From Flavobacteriales bacterium (GTDB lineage: Bacteria; Bacteroidota; Bacteroidia; Flavobacteriales_D; Crocinitomicaceae), in assembly GCA_947475095.1 (NCBI GenBank), contig CANJLG010000008.1:21001-85000 (forward strand): DNA of 64,000 nucleotides. The letters run 5' to 3'. This document shows, in pieces, positions 36,387 to 48,147 of the stretch (the stretch's first letter is position 1; each line of letters starts with the position of its first letter). A program made the translations under genes and the position numbers. The notes below the pieces were generated by a model that was not told the DNA's origin, made no database searches, and saw only the letters and a list, made by a program, of their open reading frames with translations.

Positions 36387-37661
36387 ATGTTTTTAGATTT
36401 AACGCTTGAGTTTGCAAAATCTCTTGATCAAAATGACCCACTAAAGTCCTTTAGGCAAGATTTTCTTTTCCCCACATTTCATGAAAAAGAAGTGCGCTAC
36501 TTTACTGGAAACTCCCTTGGGCTGCAGCCTAAAAATGCAAGAAAATATATCCTTGAAGAGCTTGATGATTGGGAAAAGTTTGGGGTTGAGGGCCATTTTA
36601 TGTCCCGTAGACCTTGGTACTCTTACCATGAAAACCTGACGGATATGATGGCAAAAATTGTTGGGGCTAAACCTCTTGAAGTCGTGGTAACGCATTCATT
36701 AACAACAAACCTACACTTGCTGTTAGTTTCTTTTTTTGAGCCAAAAGGGAAAAGGACAAAAATCCTATGCGAGGCTAAAGCCTTTCCAAGCGATCAATAT
36801 GCGCTTTCCTCCCAAATTGATTTTCATGGACTTAATGCTGAAAATTTAGTTGAAATTGGGCCACGAGAAGGGGAACATACTATCAGAGAAGAAGATATTA
36901 TCGATAAAATAAATCAATTAGGGGATGAATTAGCCTTAGTGATGATTGGAGGGGTTAATTATTACACTGGACAGCTGTTCGACATGGAGGCAATTTGTGC
37001 TGCTGGGCACGCTGTGGGGGCGAAAGTTGGTTTTGACTTGGCTCATGCTGCAGGTAATGTTTCGCTAAGTCTTCACGATTGGGGGGTGGATTTTGCGGCG
37101 TGGTGTGGATATAAATACCTTAATTCGTCGCCTGGAGGGGTTTCTGGTTTTTTTGTTCATGAAAGACATGCTAATAATAATGCATTGCCAAGATTTGCTG
37201 GTTGGTGGGGACACAATAAAGAAAATCGATTTGAAATGAAGCCGGGATTCCAACCAATTTCCGGTGCTGAAGGCTGGCAACTGAGCAATGCCCCTATATT
37301 GGGAATGGCTGCTCAACTTGCTTCAATCGAGGTTTTTGAGCGTGCAGGAATGGATAGAATTTCAGAAAAAAGAACGCTCCTAACCAGCTATTTAGAATGT
37401 GTCATTTTAAATGTTTCTGAAAAAAGCAAAGCCCTTTGTTCATTTGAAATAATTACCCCAAAAGACCCTAAAAGAAGGGGGTCTCAATTGTCTATTCTAT
37501 TACATGGAAAGGGAAAAGAAGTGTATGATGCGTTGACAAATAGAGGTGTGATTGCCGACTGGCGAGAACCGAACGTTATTCGTGTTGCTCCGGCTCCCTT
37601 GTACAATAGTTTTGAAGATTGTTATTGGTTTGGTCAGCACCTCGAAGCGGCTATTCAATAA
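36387..37661 (+). CDS. kynU: kynureninase
   Basis: YFTGNSLGLQP, WGVDFAAWCGYKYLNSSPGG (PLP Lys) and FAGWWGH. Start moved to the first ATG (MFLDLTLEF). Confidence 0.88.
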   Translation: MFLDLTLEFAKSLDQNDPLKSFRQDFLFPTFHEKEVRYFTGNSLGLQPKNARKYILEELDDWEKFGVEGHFMSRRPWYSYHENLTDMMAKIVGAKPLEVVVTHSLTTNLHLLLVSFFEPKGKRTKILCEAKAFPSDQYALSSQIDFHGLNAENLVEIGPREGEHTIREEDIIDKINQLGDELALVMIGGVNYYTGQLFDMEAICAAGHAVGAKVGFDLAHAAGNVSLSLHDWGVDFAAWCGYKYLNSSPGGVSGFFVHERHANNNALPRFAGWWGHNKENRFEMKPGFQPISGAEGWQLSNAPILGMAAQLASIEVFERAGMDRISEKRTLLTSYLECVILNVSEKSKALCSFEIITPKDPKRRGSQLSILLHGKGKEVYDALTNRGVIADWREPNVIRVAPAPLYNSFEDCYWFGQHLEAAIQ

Positions 37662-38239
37662 GATCCTTCGTTAGACACAATCATTGAAATTGCTTCAGGG
37701 AAATAACACATTTCAAGGTCGTGTATTTTTTGTTCTAAAGACAAAACAGTTTCGTTTTTTTCTACTTCGCAAGTATACTGTATGAGAATTTTACCTTGGT
37801 CAAAAACCTCATTAACAAGGTGAATGGTAATGCCTGATGTAAGCGATTTAGCCTCTAAAACTGCGGTATGAACATGTTTTCCGTACATGCCCTTTCCTCC
37901 AAAATCTGGCAATAATGCGGGATGTATGTTGATTATTTTATAGGACATGTGATCTATTAATTCCGGAGTGATTTTTTTTAAATACCCTGCTAAAATTACC
38001 CAATCAATATTTTGGTTGGTACAAAGTTCCATTTGCTGAATAGAGAGGTCGGTTTGGGTTTGAGAGATGAAAAAGTCGATTCCTTTTTTTAAACAAAATT
38101 CCGCCATGCTGGGGTTTTCCCTGGTGGAAAACACAAACTTGACACTAATTTTTTCAGAACCGCTGAAATAATTAATGATGTTTTTGGCATTTGAGCCCCT
38201 GCCTGAAATAAAAATTGCTATGTTCTTTCTTGTTTTCAC
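37655..38239 (-). CDS. purN: phosphoribosylglycinamide formyltransferase
   Basis: IAIFISGRGSNAKNI, IINIHPALLP, and GITIHLVNEVFDQG (catalytic Asp region). Confidence 0.9.
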   Translation of the reverse strand: MKTRKNIAIFISGRGSNAKNIINYFSGSEKISVKFVFSTRENPSMAEFCLKKGIDFFISQTQTDLSIQQMELCTNQNIDWVILAGYLKKITPELIDHMSYKIINIHPALLPDFGGKGMYGKHVHTAVLEAKSLTSGITIHLVNEVFDQGKILIQYTCEVEKNETVLSLEQKIHDLEMCYFPEAISMIVSNEGSY

Positions 38240-38377
38240 GAGGCGAAATTAACGATAACATATTAGATAATCTTGCGCTTAAATTGCAATAAATAAATAA
38301 ATAAACGCCTAATTGCTTTGATATTTGCTCGTTTGTTTTTTTCTTTGCACTCTAAAACCATTTTAAAACTTAAAAAA

Positions 38378-38614
38378 ATGTCTGAAATTAAAGATAAAGT
38401 TATAGCAATAATCGTTGATAAACTTAATGTTGATCAAGCGGAAGTTACCAACGAAGCAAGTTTCACTAATGATTTAGGGGCAGATTCTTTAGACACTGTA
38501 GAATTAATTATGGAGTTTGAAAAATCGTTCAATATCTCTATTCCTGATGATCAGGCAGAAGGTATTCAAACAGTTGGTGATGCCATTTCCTATATTGAAA
38601 GCAACCACAAATAA
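38378..38614 (+). CDS. acpP: acyl carrier protein (fatty acid synthesis)
   Basis: [16 protein letters not shown]. 78 aa from the ATG at 38378. Followed by fabF. Confidence 0.93.
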   Translation: MSEIKDKVIAIIVDKLNVDQAEVTNEASFTNDLGADSLDTVELIMEFEKSFNISIPDDQAEGIQTVGDAISYIESNHK

Positions 38615-38638
38615 GACGCTTGTCTTTAGTTAACACTT

Positions 38639-39889
38639 ATGCAGCTTAAACGTGTCGTAATAACAGGTCTTGGTGCGCTAACGCCCATTGGTAATAATGT
38701 CGATTCTTTTTGGCAGGCACTATTAAATGGCAAAAGCGGAGCAGCTCCAATTAAGCAATTTGATTCCTCGTTATTTAAGACGCAGTTTGCTTGTGAACTA
38801 AAAGATTTTAATATCGAAGACCATATGGATCGTAAAGAAGCAAGGAAGCTTGACCAATTTGCGCAATATGCTCTCGTAAGTGCCACTCAGGCTGTCGAAG
38901 ACTCTAAACTATTAGATTCTAATCCGAATAAAGATCGAATTGGGGTTGTTTGGGGTTCAGGCATTGGCGGACTAAAAACCTTTCAAGACGAAGCTCAAAA
39001 CTTTTTTGCTGGAGACGGCACCCCAAGAATAAATCCTTTTTTTATTCCAAAAATGATTGCTGATATCGCTTCTGGGCATATTTCAATTAAGTATGGCTTT
39101 AGGGGGCCAAATTATGTTACGGTTTCTGCGTGTGCCTCATCAACTAATGCAATAATTGATGCTTTTAACTTAATTCGCTTAGGAAAAGCGGACGCTATTG
39201 TAACTGGAGGTTCCGAAGCAGCCGTTAATCAAATGGGAATTGGTGGATTTAATGCCTTAAAAGCACTTTCCACTCGAAATGATTCGCCGGAAACAGCTTC
39301 TAGGCCTTTTGACTTAGATCGAGATGGATTTGTTTTAGGAGAGGGGGCTGGTGCACTGATTCTTGAAGAACTTACTCACGCTTTAAATCGCGGGGCTAAT
39401 ATTTATGCGGAAGTAGCTGGTGGAGGAATGTCCGGAGACGCTTACCACATGACCGCGCCGCACCCTGAAGGAATTGGCGCAAGAAATACTATGCTGGCAG
39501 CATTAGAAGACGCGGAGATAAAACCTACAGATATAGATTATGTTAATGTTCATGGCACCTCAACACCACTGGGCGATATCGCTGAAATTAAAGCAATTGA
39601 AGCAGTATTTGGAGACCATTCGTATAAATTAAATATTAGCTCAACAAAATCTATGACCGGCCACTTATTGGGGGCCGCAGGCGCAATAGAGGCAATTGCC
39701 TGTGTGCTTAGTGTTCAAAACGATGTTGTTCCTCCTACAATTAATCATTTTACTGATGATCCCGAGCTAGACCCAAAACTTAATTTTACCTTTAATAAAG
39801 CTCAAAAAAGAATCGTGAACATTGCTATTTCCAATACTTTTGGTTTTGGCGGACATAATACGAGTGTTATCGTTAGAAAATACAAATAG
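38639..39889 (+). CDS. fabF: beta-ketoacyl-ACP synthase II
   Basis: Active-site Cys VSACASS, HGTSTPLGD, GHLLGAAG, FGFGGHN. Confidence 0.93.
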   Translation: MQLKRVVITGLGALTPIGNNVDSFWQALLNGKSGAAPIKQFDSSLFKTQFACELKDFNIEDHMDRKEARKLDQFAQYALVSATQAVEDSKLLDSNPNKDRIGVVWGSGIGGLKTFQDEAQNFFAGDGTPRINPFFIPKMIADIASGHISIKYGFRGPNYVTVSACASSTNAIIDAFNLIRLGKADAIVTGGSEAAVNQMGIGGFNALKALSTRNDSPETASRPFDLDRDGFVLGEGAGALILEELTHALNRGANIYAEVAGGGMSGDAYHMTAPHPEGIGARNTMLAALEDAEIKPTDIDYVNVHGTSTPLGDIAEIKAIEAVFGDHSYKLNISSTKSMTGHLLGAAGAIEAIACVLSVQNDVVPPTINHFTDDPELDPKLNFTFNKAQKRIVNIAISNTFGFGGHNTSVIVRKYK

Positions 39890-39892
39890 TTC

Positions 39893-40618
39893 TTGGGAAC
39901 CCTTAAATCTTTTTTTTCTAAAAAGAAGTCTCCTAATGAGATTAGACTAATTCGTTTTATTATACAGTCTTTTGGTTATAGACCCAAGAATCTCAATGTG
40001 TTTGCTCAAGCGCTTGTCCATAAATCAATGATTAGTTCTGAAAACAAAAGTGAGTCTAATGAAAGGCTTGAGTTTTTGGGTGATGCTATTATCGATCTCA
40101 TTGTTGCAGAATACCTTTATGAATTATATCCCGGTGATGACGAGGGTTATTTAACTCGTCTTAAGTCGAAAATAGTAAATCGAAAGTCGCTTTCTTTGAT
40201 TGGGAATAAAATGGGGATCCGTGATTATTTAACCTATAATTCGGATAGAACCGTAAACCTAAACTCGCTAGAAGGAAATGCTTTTGAAGCATTAATGGGA
40301 GCTATGTACCTAGACGCTGGGTATAACAGAACAAAAAAATCGTTTAGAAACCATGTTATCAGAAAATATGCAAATATCAATCGTTTGATAGAAGAGGAGG
40401 TCGATTTTAAGTCCCGACTTCTTATTTGGTGTCAACGAAAACATTTGCTCCTTGAATTTATCGTTGTTAGTGAAACAAGGGTTAATAATGAAACATTTTT
40501 TGTCGTAATTGCTGTTATTAATAAAAAGAATTATGGACAGGGAAAGGGAACCGCTAAAAAGGTTGCAGAGCAAAAGGCAGCCAAAGAAACGCTCGATTTA
40601 ATGGGGGAAACATATTAA
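39893..40618 (+). CDS. rnc: ribonuclease III
   Basis: Signature ERLEFLGDAI, EALMGAMYLD, and a C-terminal dsRBD (KSRLLIWCQ...GKGTAKKVAEQKAAKETL). The annotated start is a TTG, so the exact start is uncertain. Confidence 0.85.
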   Translation: MGTLKSFFSKKKSPNEIRLIRFIIQSFGYRPKNLNVFAQALVHKSMISSENKSESNERLEFLGDAIIDLIVAEYLYELYPGDDEGYLTRLKSKIVNRKSLSLIGNKMGIRDYLTYNSDRTVNLNSLEGNAFEALMGAMYLDAGYNRTKKSFRNHVIRKYANINRLIEEEVDFKSRLLIWCQRKHLLLEFIVVSETRVNNETFFVVIAVINKKNYGQGKGTAKKVAEQKAAKETLDLMGETY

Positions 40619-40674
40619 TGTTTACGCTATGTCAAAAAATATTCTTTATCTTTGGGCTTTAAAAATATCATGAT

Positions 40675-40905
40675 ATGAGTTGGACAGATCTTATTTATTC
40701 TATTGGAGATGGCTTTAAATGGAGCTTTGGTTTTTTTGAGTTTGTGCAAAACCATTTCAACGACTTATTATTATTGTTAGGTTTCGTTGGATTCGGATAT
40801 TGGATGAATGTACAACGAAAGTTTAATTCAAAGTCTAACGTGCCTGTTGAATCCAGTGAAAATACGGGTTGGTATAAGGACGGCGAAGGAAAGCAGATTA
40901 AATAA
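40675..40905 (+). CDS. small single-pass membrane protein, unknown function
   Basis: 76 aa with one hydrophobic helix LLLLLGFVGFGYWM. No recognisable motif. Confidence 0.45.
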   Translation: MSWTDLIYSIGDGFKWSFGFFEFVQNHFNDLLLLLGFVGFGYWMNVQRKFNSKSNVPVESSENTGWYKDGEGKQIK

Positions 40906-40932
40906 TTCCTTCTTATCGTTGATCTATTCTAT

Positions 40933-41676
40933 TTAAATTAAGGAGGATTTCAAATATTCTCTATTCATTCTTGCTATATTTTCTAGGGAAATACCTTTTG
41001 GACATTCCACTTCACAAGCGCCTGTATTCGTGCAGTTTCCGAATCCTTCTGCATCCATTTGATTGACCATGTTCAAAACGCGTTCCTTAGCCTCTACTTT
41101 TCCCTGCGGAAGCAAAGAAAATTGCGAAACTTTAGCTGAAACAAACAACATCGCTGAAGAATTCTTACAAGTAGCTACACAGGCACCACATCCAATACAA
41201 GTCGCAGCATCAAAGGCTTTATCAGCATCGTGCTTTGGTATCGGTATTGTGTTGGCGTCAATTGTGTTACCAGAGGTGTTTACGGAAATAAATCCGCCGG
41301 ATTGCTGAATTCTATCAAAAGAACTTCGGTCGACAACAAGGTCTTTAATTACTGGAAATGCCTTTGCTCTAAATGGTTCAATGTAAATGGTGTCGCCATC
41401 TTTAAACTTGCGCATATGCAACTGGCAAGTAGTCACCAGCCTGTCTGGGCCATGTGCTTCTCCATTGATAAACAAGGAACACATCCCACAAATTCCCTCA
41501 CGACAATCATGATCAAAAGCAACAGTGTCCTCTCCTTTCACAATTAATTCATCGTTAAGGATGTCCAACATCTCAAGAAAAGACATGTCGGGTTCAATGT
41601 TGTCAACAGTATAATCCACCATTTTTCCTGGTGAGCTAGCGTTATTTTGGCGCCAAATTTTTAATGCTAATTTCAT
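40933..41676 (-). CDS. sdhB: succinate dehydrogenase/fumarate reductase iron-sulfur subunit
   Basis: Cys clusters [20 protein letters not shown] and [12 protein letters not shown]. Confidence 0.92.
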   Translation of the reverse strand: MKLALKIWRQNNASSPGKMVDYTVDNIEPDMSFLEMLDILNDELIVKGEDTVAFDHDCREGICGMCSLFINGEAHGPDRLVTTCQLHMRKFKDGDTIYIEPFRAKAFPVIKDLVVDRSSFDRIQQSGGFISVNTSGNTIDANTIPIPKHDADKAFDAATCIGCGACVATCKNSSAMLFVSAKVSQFSLLPQGKVEAKERVLNMVNQMDAEGFGNCTNTGACEVECPKGISLENIARMNREYLKSSLI

Positions 41677-41703
41677 GGTTCTTTTGCTGGTTAAGCGTCA
41701 CTA

Positions 41704-43704
41704 TTATTTATAACTTCTTTGAACTAATTCTACATTATCGTATACCAATTCTTCCTTGTGAAGAATGGCATCACTAGGATTTCCTTTATACTCCCAAGCG
41801 GCAACATAAGCAAAGTTTTTATCATCTCGTTGTGCTTCTCCATCTGCGGTTTGGAATTCTTCTCGGAAATGACCTCCACAAGATTCATTGCGATGTAGGG
41901 CATCTTTTGCAAATAATTCTCCTAATTCTAAAAAATCAGCCACGCGCAGTGCTTTTGCTAACTCAGGATTGAAGCTGTCTGCTGTGCCAGGAATTTTTAC
42001 ATCCTTATAAAACTCTTCTCTAATTTGGGCGATTTCTTGCTGCGCCTCTTTAAGTCCTTGTTCATTTCGGGACATTCCGGCTTTATTCCACATTATTTTC
42101 CCTAATTTTTTGTGAAAATAATCCGCTGGCTTTGTGCCTCCGTTGTTCATCAAACGACTAATCTGATCCACTACGTTTTGCTCCGCAGCATCAAACTCAG
42201 GGGTATCAGTTGAGATTTTACCTTTTTTAATGTCGGGAGCCAAATAATCTCCAATGGTATAAGGCAATACAAAGTAGCCATCAGCCAAACCTTGCATTAA
42301 TGCTGAGGCACCGAGACGGTTTGCGCCATGATCAGAAAAATTTGATTCTCCAATTGAAAAACACCCAGGAATAGTTGTTTGAAGATTATAATCAACCCAT
42401 GTTCCCCCCATCGTATAATGGACAGCAGGATAGATCATCATCGGTGTCGAATATGGATTTTCATCCACTATTTTTTCATACATCTGAAAAAGGTTACCGT
42501 ATTTATTAGCAACAATTTCAGTTCCCAATTTAATAACCAAGGTTTTATCGTTTTCATCTAAATGCTTCAAGCGGGCTTGGTCTATTCCGTAGCGCTCGAT
42601 GGCGGCAGCAAAATCCAAATAAACGGCTTCTCCTGTTTTATTCACCCCAAAACCAGCGTCACATCGCTCTTTTGCAGCGCGAGAGGCAATATCTCGAGGA
42701 ACTAAATTACCAAATGCTGGGTAACGTCTCTCTAAATAATAATCGCGGTCCTCTTCGGCTAATTGAGTGGGTTTTAATTTTCCTTCACGAATCAGTTTTG
42801 CATCTTCCAATTTTGCAGGAACCCAAATACGCCCATCATTACGCAAAGATTCTGACATCAGGGTAAGTTTTGCCTGGTGGTCACCCGACACAGGAATGCA
42901 AGTAGGGTGAATTTGTGTATAACAAGGGTTTGCAAAAAATGCGCCTCGCTTATGTATTTTCCATGCTGCTGTTACATTACTGCCCATTGCATTCGTTGAA
43001 AGAAAAAAGACATTTCCATAGCCACCTGAAGCTATTACAACAGCATGAGCTGAATGACGCTCAATTTTTCCGCTTATTAGGTCTCTTGCAATAATCCCCC
43101 TCGCTTTTCCATCAACAATTACAAGGTCTAACATTTCATGTCTGTTGTGCATTTTTATCTTGCCGCGACCTATTTGCCTGTTCATGGCAGAATAAGCACC
43201 CAATAATAATTGTTGTCCTGTTTGACCTTTAGCATAAAAGGTTCGGGATACTAGCGTGCCCCCGAATGAGCGATTATCTAATAATCCGCCGTATTCTCTA
43301 GCAAATGGAACTCCCTGTGCGACGCATTGGTCAATTATATTCGTTGAAACCTCTGCTAAACGATGCACATTTGCTTCTCTAGCGCGATAATCCCCTCCTT
43401 TAACGGTGTCATAAAATAAGCGAAAAGTAGAATCTCCATCTCCCTGATAATTTTTTGCCGCGTTAATTCCTCCCTGTGCAGCGATAGAATGCGCTCTTCT
43501 AGGTGAATCTTGAAAACAAAAAGCTTTAACATTATAGCCTAACTCCGCAAGTGTTGCGGCGGCAGAACCTCCGGCCAAGCCTGTTCCAACAATTATAACA
43601 TCAAGATTTCGCTTATTTGCAGGATTTACCAAGTTAATGTGGTCCTTGTAGTGGGTCCACTTATCCGAAATCGGCCCCTTGGGTATTTTTGAATCTAAAG
43701 CCAT
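41704..43704 (-). CDS. sdhA: succinate dehydrogenase/fumarate reductase flavoprotein subunit
   Basis: FAD-binding [26 protein letters not shown] (covalent FAD His), [12 protein letters not shown]. 666 aa, Bacteroidota-type long form. Confidence 0.93.
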   Translation of the reverse strand: MALDSKIPKGPISDKWTHYKDHINLVNPANKRNLDVIIVGTGLAGGSAAATLAELGYNVKAFCFQDSPRRAHSIAAQGGINAAKNYQGDGDSTFRLFYDTVKGGDYRAREANVHRLAEVSTNIIDQCVAQGVPFAREYGGLLDNRSFGGTLVSRTFYAKGQTGQQLLLGAYSAMNRQIGRGKIKMHNRHEMLDLVIVDGKARGIIARDLISGKIERHSAHAVVIASGGYGNVFFLSTNAMGSNVTAAWKIHKRGAFFANPCYTQIHPTCIPVSGDHQAKLTLMSESLRNDGRIWVPAKLEDAKLIREGKLKPTQLAEEDRDYYLERRYPAFGNLVPRDIASRAAKERCDAGFGVNKTGEAVYLDFAAAIERYGIDQARLKHLDENDKTLVIKLGTEIVANKYGNLFQMYEKIVDENPYSTPMMIYPAVHYTMGGTWVDYNLQTTIPGCFSIGESNFSDHGANRLGASALMQGLADGYFVLPYTIGDYLAPDIKKGKISTDTPEFDAAEQNVVDQISRLMNNGGTKPADYFHKKLGKIMWNKAGMSRNEQGLKEAQQEIAQIREEFYKDVKIPGTADSFNPELAKALRVADFLELGELFAKDALHRNESCGGHFREEFQTADGEAQRDDKNFAYVAAWEYKGNPSDAILHKEELVYDNVELVQRSYK

Positions 43705-43710
43705 TATTAA

Positions 43711-44376
43711 TTAATGATTAAAGTGATGAAAAAGTGCAATAAAAATAAATCCAAAAGGAACAATCACTGCAAAAGCATATCCAACTTTATGCAGTGTTTT
43801 AGAATACTTATTGTTCATTCCTACAGACTGAAAAGAGGAGTTGAATCCGTGCCATAAATGCAGGAACAAAAAGAAAAATGAAAAACAATAAATTGATGTT
43901 CTGATCGGGCTGTTAAATTTCGCTACCAACTCATGAAAATATCGTTCGGAAGCAATCGGCTTTACCTCAACGTACTTATATACCATTTCAGGAATCCAAA
44001 AATCATAAAAGTGCAGCCCTAAAAATGACAAGACAACAATCCCGGAAATAATCATGTTTCTTGAAGACCAAGAAGCATTTGCGGCTCCATTATATTTTGC
44101 ATAACCAATTGGACGAGAAGCCCTGTTCTTGAAATCCAACACAAACCCCATGATGAAATGAAATAAAACCCCCAAAATTAAAACCGGCTGCATGGCAAAC
44201 TGAATGAGTGGATTGTTACCCATGAAGTGAGCTAATGTATTAAACAAATCTTCGTTAAATACAGAGGTCAGATTGATGAAAAAATGGATGGACAAGAAAG
44301 TGACTAGAAACAGTCCAGAAAGTGCCATGGCAATCTTTTTGGCAATCGAAGACTTCAAAATGGGAGAATTAGACAT
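43711..44376 (-). CDS. sdhC: succinate dehydrogenase/fumarate reductase cytochrome b subunit (b558 family)
   Basis: 221-aa protein with 5 TM helices and conserved His residues, sitting directly upstream of sdhA/sdhB. Confidence 0.8.
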   Translation of the reverse strand: MSNSPILKSSIAKKIAMALSGLFLVTFLSIHFFINLTSVFNEDLFNTLAHFMGNNPLIQFAMQPVLILGVLFHFIMGFVLDFKNRASRPIGYAKYNGAANASWSSRNMIISGIVVLSFLGLHFYDFWIPEMVYKYVEVKPIASERYFHELVAKFNSPIRTSIYCFSFFFLFLHLWHGFNSSFQSVGMNNKYSKTLHKVGYAFAVIVPFGFIFIALFHHFNH

Positions 44377-44445
44377 AATTTTAAACTAAAATAATCGATG
44401 CAAATTTAGTAAAATCAACAATTAGAACGCGTTTTTTGTTCTTAT

Positions 44446-45351
44446 TTATAATTGGTGTAAATAGGCAACTGTCGTTTCGTTGTCGTTTACACAGATTTGT
44501 GTGCGTTTTCCGAAAACCAATGCCCTATTATCGTCAATGTGGCCAGATGGAAAATTAAATACAACAGGCATATTTGAAAACTGAAGTTGCTCAAGTATAA
44601 TCTCTTCAATAGAACGGCCTAGTGGTGGTTCGGTGTCTTCAAGCTCGGTCATTCCTCCTATAATTAACCCTCTTATTTTTTCAAATATTCCCGCCTTACT
44701 AAAGGCAAAAATCATCCGTTCTACTTGATAATAATGTTCTCCCACGTCCTCTAAAAAAAGAATTGAGTTTTCAAAATCATACTGATCATTGGTCCCCAAC
44801 ATACTGTATACAATACTAAGGTTGCCACCAATTAAATTGCCTGTTGCTGTACCCATTCTATTAGACTTGTTTGGAGGCAGTACATATGGAGTGGATTTAT
44901 CCGTCATGCTTTCTAAGAGTGTAAGAAGCGCCTCGTCGGTATTTTTTTGAAAGCTAATTGGCATTGTAGCATGTATGCTTTGAATCCCTAATTTTTGCAA
45001 GCGGTGGTGAAAAACGGTTATGTCGCTGAACCCAATCACCCATTTAGGCTCGAGTAATACATTCGCCCAATTAATTCGATCTAAAATACGTATGCTTCCA
45101 TAGCCCCCTCTTGCGCAAAGAATTGCCCTTACATCTGGATGATCTATCCCAAATTGTATATCAGCAAGGCGCTCTTCTTCTGTTCCGGAAAAATAATGAT
45201 GATTTCCAAAACAATGAGCGCTTACCAATACTTTAAATCCATTTTTTTCTAAATATTCTTTGGCAAAAAGGACGGTTTTAGGGTCTGTTATTTTAGCAGG
45301 TGCAGTTATATAAATTAGATCACCTGGAACTAAAGGAGCTGGTTGAATCAT
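44446..45351 (-). CDS. LD-carboxypeptidase (peptidase S66)
   Basis: RGGYGSIRILD, nucleophile motif IGFSDITVFH, and a C-terminal His region FPSGHIDDN. Confidence 0.8.
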   Translation of the reverse strand: MIQPAPLVPGDLIYITAPAKITDPKTVLFAKEYLEKNGFKVLVSAHCFGNHHYFSGTEEERLADIQFGIDHPDVRAILCARGGYGSIRILDRINWANVLLEPKWVIGFSDITVFHHRLQKLGIQSIHATMPISFQKNTDEALLTLLESMTDKSTPYVLPPNKSNRMGTATGNLIGGNLSIVYSMLGTNDQYDFENSILFLEDVGEHYYQVERMIFAFSKAGIFEKIRGLIIGGMTELEDTEPPLGRSIEEIILEQLQFSNMPVVFNFPSGHIDDNRALVFGKRTQICVNDNETTVAYLHQL

Positions 45352-46022
45352 TTTTTAAGAAAAAAAGATTGGGCGATTGATAGATCGAAAGGTGTCGTTA
45401 TTTTTATATTTTCCTCGTTACTTTCAACAAAACAAATAGGCTCCCCAATTTGCTCTACCAAAGTGGCGTCATCTGTAATTGAAGGCATGAAATCTTGTTC
45501 GTAGGCTAAGCGCAATGTTTTTTCATGGAAACACTGAGGAGTGTGTACGAGACGAAAAGAGGCTCTGTTTGCTGACTGATTCGTTCCTTCGGAAATTTTC
45601 CGAATCGTATCTTTAATCATTAAAACTGGTACAACAGCCTTCGCATCATTTAACGAAAGAAAACATCGTGTAATGGTTTCAATTGATACAAACGGCCTTA
45701 CGCCATCGTGAACAGCAATGTGTTTTCCAGTAGCGTAATGCAAAGCATTTTGGATAGAATGAAAGCGCTCCTCTCCACCCGCTATAATTTGATGAGGAAT
45801 TTCAAATCCGATTTTTTTTATACTAGATTTCCAGTATACTATCCACTCTGATGGCAATGTTACGAGTATTTCTATCGACGGGTCGAAAGAATGAAAAACG
45901 CTTATCGTGTGGGCTAGTATTGGTAAATCTCCAAGCAAAACAAACTGCTTCGGAATATCTTTTCCCATTCGCTTTCCAATGCCTCCAGCGGTAATAATAA
46001 CCGTACGATTTACCATGCTCAA
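45348..46022 (-). CDS. ispD: 2-C-methyl-D-erythritol 4-phosphate cytidylyltransferase
   Basis: [13 protein letters not shown] and VHDGVRPF. 4-nt overlap with the downstream LD-carboxypeptidase gene. Confidence 0.88.
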   Translation of the reverse strand: MSMVNRTVIITAGGIGKRMGKDIPKQFVLLGDLPILAHTISVFHSFDPSIEILVTLPSEWIVYWKSSIKKIGFEIPHQIIAGGEERFHSIQNALHYATGKHIAVHDGVRPFVSIETITRCFLSLNDAKAVVPVLMIKDTIRKISEGTNQSANRASFRLVHTPQCFHEKTLRLAYEQDFMPSITDDATLVEQIGEPICFVESNEENIKITTPFDLSIAQSFFLKK

Positions 46023-46098
46023 AAATAAGTATAAGTCTTGTATCTACAAACTTTCCATTATACTCATGTTTTTTTACCTTTGTATAAAATATAGTTCA

Positions 46099-47568
46099 AT
46101 GTCAACGAGGAAAGGAGTTCTTGCTATTTATAATACATTAAGTGGAAAGAAGGAGTTGTTTCGCCCTATTCATGAGGGTCAAGTTGGCATGTATGTTTGT
46201 GGGCCGACAGTCTATAGTAATGTTCACCTTGGGAACTGCAGAACATTTATTTCATTTGACTTAGCGTATCGCTATTTGCTTCATTTGGGATATAAAGTCC
46301 GTTATGTTAGGAATATTACTGATGTGGGTCATTTAGAAAATGACGCTGACGAAGGAGAGGATAAGATCTCCAAAAAAGCACGGGCAGAAAAGGTGGAGCC
46401 TATGGAAATCGTGCAGAAATACACACTTGATTTTCACGACGTAATGACGGCTTTTAATGCTTTGCCGCCTAACATAGAGCCTACAGCAACTGGACATATT
46501 ATTGAGCAAATTGAATTAATCAATACCATTATAAAAAATGGCTTTGCCTATGAATCAAATGGGTCGGTCTACTTTGATGTAGAAAAATATAATGCCAATC
46601 AGCCTTATGGAGAATTGTCTGGCCGTAAAATTGAAGATTTAATCGCTAACTCAAGGGTCCTTGACGGGCAAACCGAAAAGCGAGCGCCGCTAGATTTTGC
46701 ACTTTGGAAAAATGCATCAGATGAACACATAATGAAATGGCCTTCGCCATGGGGGCTGGGATTTCCTGGGTGGCACCTAGAATGCTCGGCCATGAGCGCT
46801 AAATACCTCGGCGAAGTGTTTGATATACACGGCGGCGGAATGGATCTAAAATTTCCACATCACGAATGTGAAATCGCACAAGGCTGCGCAGCCACTGGGA
46901 AAAAACCTGTCCTATATTGGATGCATGCAAACATGCTCACCCTTAACGGAAAGAAAATGAGCAAGTCCGCTGGAAACTCCCTATTGCCAGCAGACCTTTT
47001 TTCTGGTGAAAACATGTTGCTAAGCAAAGGGTTTCATCCGATGGTTGTCCGTTTTTTTATGATGCAGGCTCATTATCGAAACACACTAGATTTTACCAGC
47101 GAAGCACTAAATGCGGCAGAAAAAGGGTTTGAAAAACTCATGTTAGCAATAGAAAATCTCATGGTACTTGTTCCGTCAAGTAATTCAAGCATTAATACAA
47201 AAGTACTTATTGATGGCTTTTATGCCGCAATGGATGATGACTTCAATGCTCCGGCATTAGTCGCTTGTTTGTTTGATGCGGTGAAACAAATTAATGCTAT
47301 TGTAGAGGGAAGAGCGACCATAAATAAGGAAGATTTGTCGATTTTACAAAAAGAAATCTCCGTGTTTGTTTTTGAGGTATTAGGCTTGCAGCGCCCCGTT
47401 GAAAAAAGTGATGATCAACGATTATCTAATGTAATGGCCTTGGTTTTAGAATTACGAGGGAGTGCAAGGGAAAATAAAGATTGGGTAACCTCTGACAAAA
47501 TCCGTGATGGCCTTAGCAATGCCGGTATTGTCGTTAGCGACGGAAAAGATGGTGCTAGTTGGAAATAA
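46099..47568 (+). CDS. cysS: cysteine--tRNA ligase
   Basis: [16 protein letters not shown] (HIGH), zinc-site Cys residues, KMSKSAGN. Start moved to the ATG at 46099 ([13 protein letters not shown]). The upstream ORF part is antisense to ispD. Confidence 0.92.
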   Translation: MSTRKGVLAIYNTLSGKKELFRPIHEGQVGMYVCGPTVYSNVHLGNCRTFISFDLAYRYLLHLGYKVRYVRNITDVGHLENDADEGEDKISKKARAEKVEPMEIVQKYTLDFHDVMTAFNALPPNIEPTATGHIIEQIELINTIIKNGFAYESNGSVYFDVEKYNANQPYGELSGRKIEDLIANSRVLDGQTEKRAPLDFALWKNASDEHIMKWPSPWGLGFPGWHLECSAMSAKYLGEVFDIHGGGMDLKFPHHECEIAQGCAATGKKPVLYWMHANMLTLNGKKMSKSAGNSLLPADLFSGENMLLSKGFHPMVVRFFMMQAHYRNTLDFTSEALNAAEKGFEKLMLAIENLMVLVPSSNSSINTKVLIDGFYAAMDDDFNAPALVACLFDAVKQINAIVEGRATINKEDLSILQKEISVFVFEVLGLQRPVEKSDDQRLSNVMALVLELRGSARENKDWVTSDKIRDGLSNAGIVVSDGKDGASWK

Positions 47569-47587
47569 CATATAAGTTTTTAAGAAA

Positions 47588-48100
47588 ATGGCTTTAATCA
47601 AATCGTGTCAAGGTATATCTCCCTTAATTGCTGAGGATTGCTATTTAGCCGAAAATGCAACAATTATTGGTGATGTGGTCCTAGGGTCCTTATGTTCTGT
47701 TTGGTTTAATGCCGTGATTCGTGGTGATGTAAACGCTATTCGTATTGGAAACAAAGTCAATGTTCAAGATGGAGCTGTACTACATTGCACCTATCAAAAA
47801 ACAACACTAACCATTGGTAATAATGTTTCTATTGGGCACAATGCGCTTGTACATGGTTGTACAATCGAAGATAATGTACTTGTTGGAATGGGCGCTATCG
47901 TAATGGATAATTGTTATGTTGAGTCAAACTGCATCATCGCTGCAGGAGCGGTTTTATTGGAGGGAACAAGAGTAGAATCTTGGAGCGTCTTTGCTGGCGT
48001 GCCGGCAAAAAAAGTTAAACAACTCTCTCCTGAACTCTTTAAAGAAGAAGTCATGCGCATTGCTGATAATTATGTATTTTATGCTAGCTGGTTTAAATAA
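47588..48100 (+). CDS. gamma-carbonic-anhydrase-family left-handed beta-helix protein
   Basis: Hexapeptide repeats with the His triad context VWFNAVIRGDVN...IGHNALVHGC. Size 170 aa. Confidence 0.8.
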   Translation: MALIKSCQGISPLIAEDCYLAENATIIGDVVLGSLCSVWFNAVIRGDVNAIRIGNKVNVQDGAVLHCTYQKTTLTIGNNVSIGHNALVHGCTIEDNVLVGMGAIVMDNCYVESNCIIAAGAVLLEGTRVESWSVFAGVPAKKVKQLSPELFKEEVMRIADNYVFYASWFK

Positions 48101-48147
48101 TTGAGGCTTTGCTTTTTTTTTAGTTCTTTTGTATAAAATATAGCCTT

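Noticed and set aside
45907-46098. N-terminal extension of the cysS ORF. Similar extensions: truB 54289..54360, acpP 38318..38377, kynU 36342..36386, rpoN 24324..24341, SDR 35037..35069, thioredoxin-like 62808..62840
   Set aside because: The extensions overlap the neighbouring gene or have no family-like sequence. In every case an internal ATG gives the canonical N-terminus and a tidy junction with the neighbouring gene.
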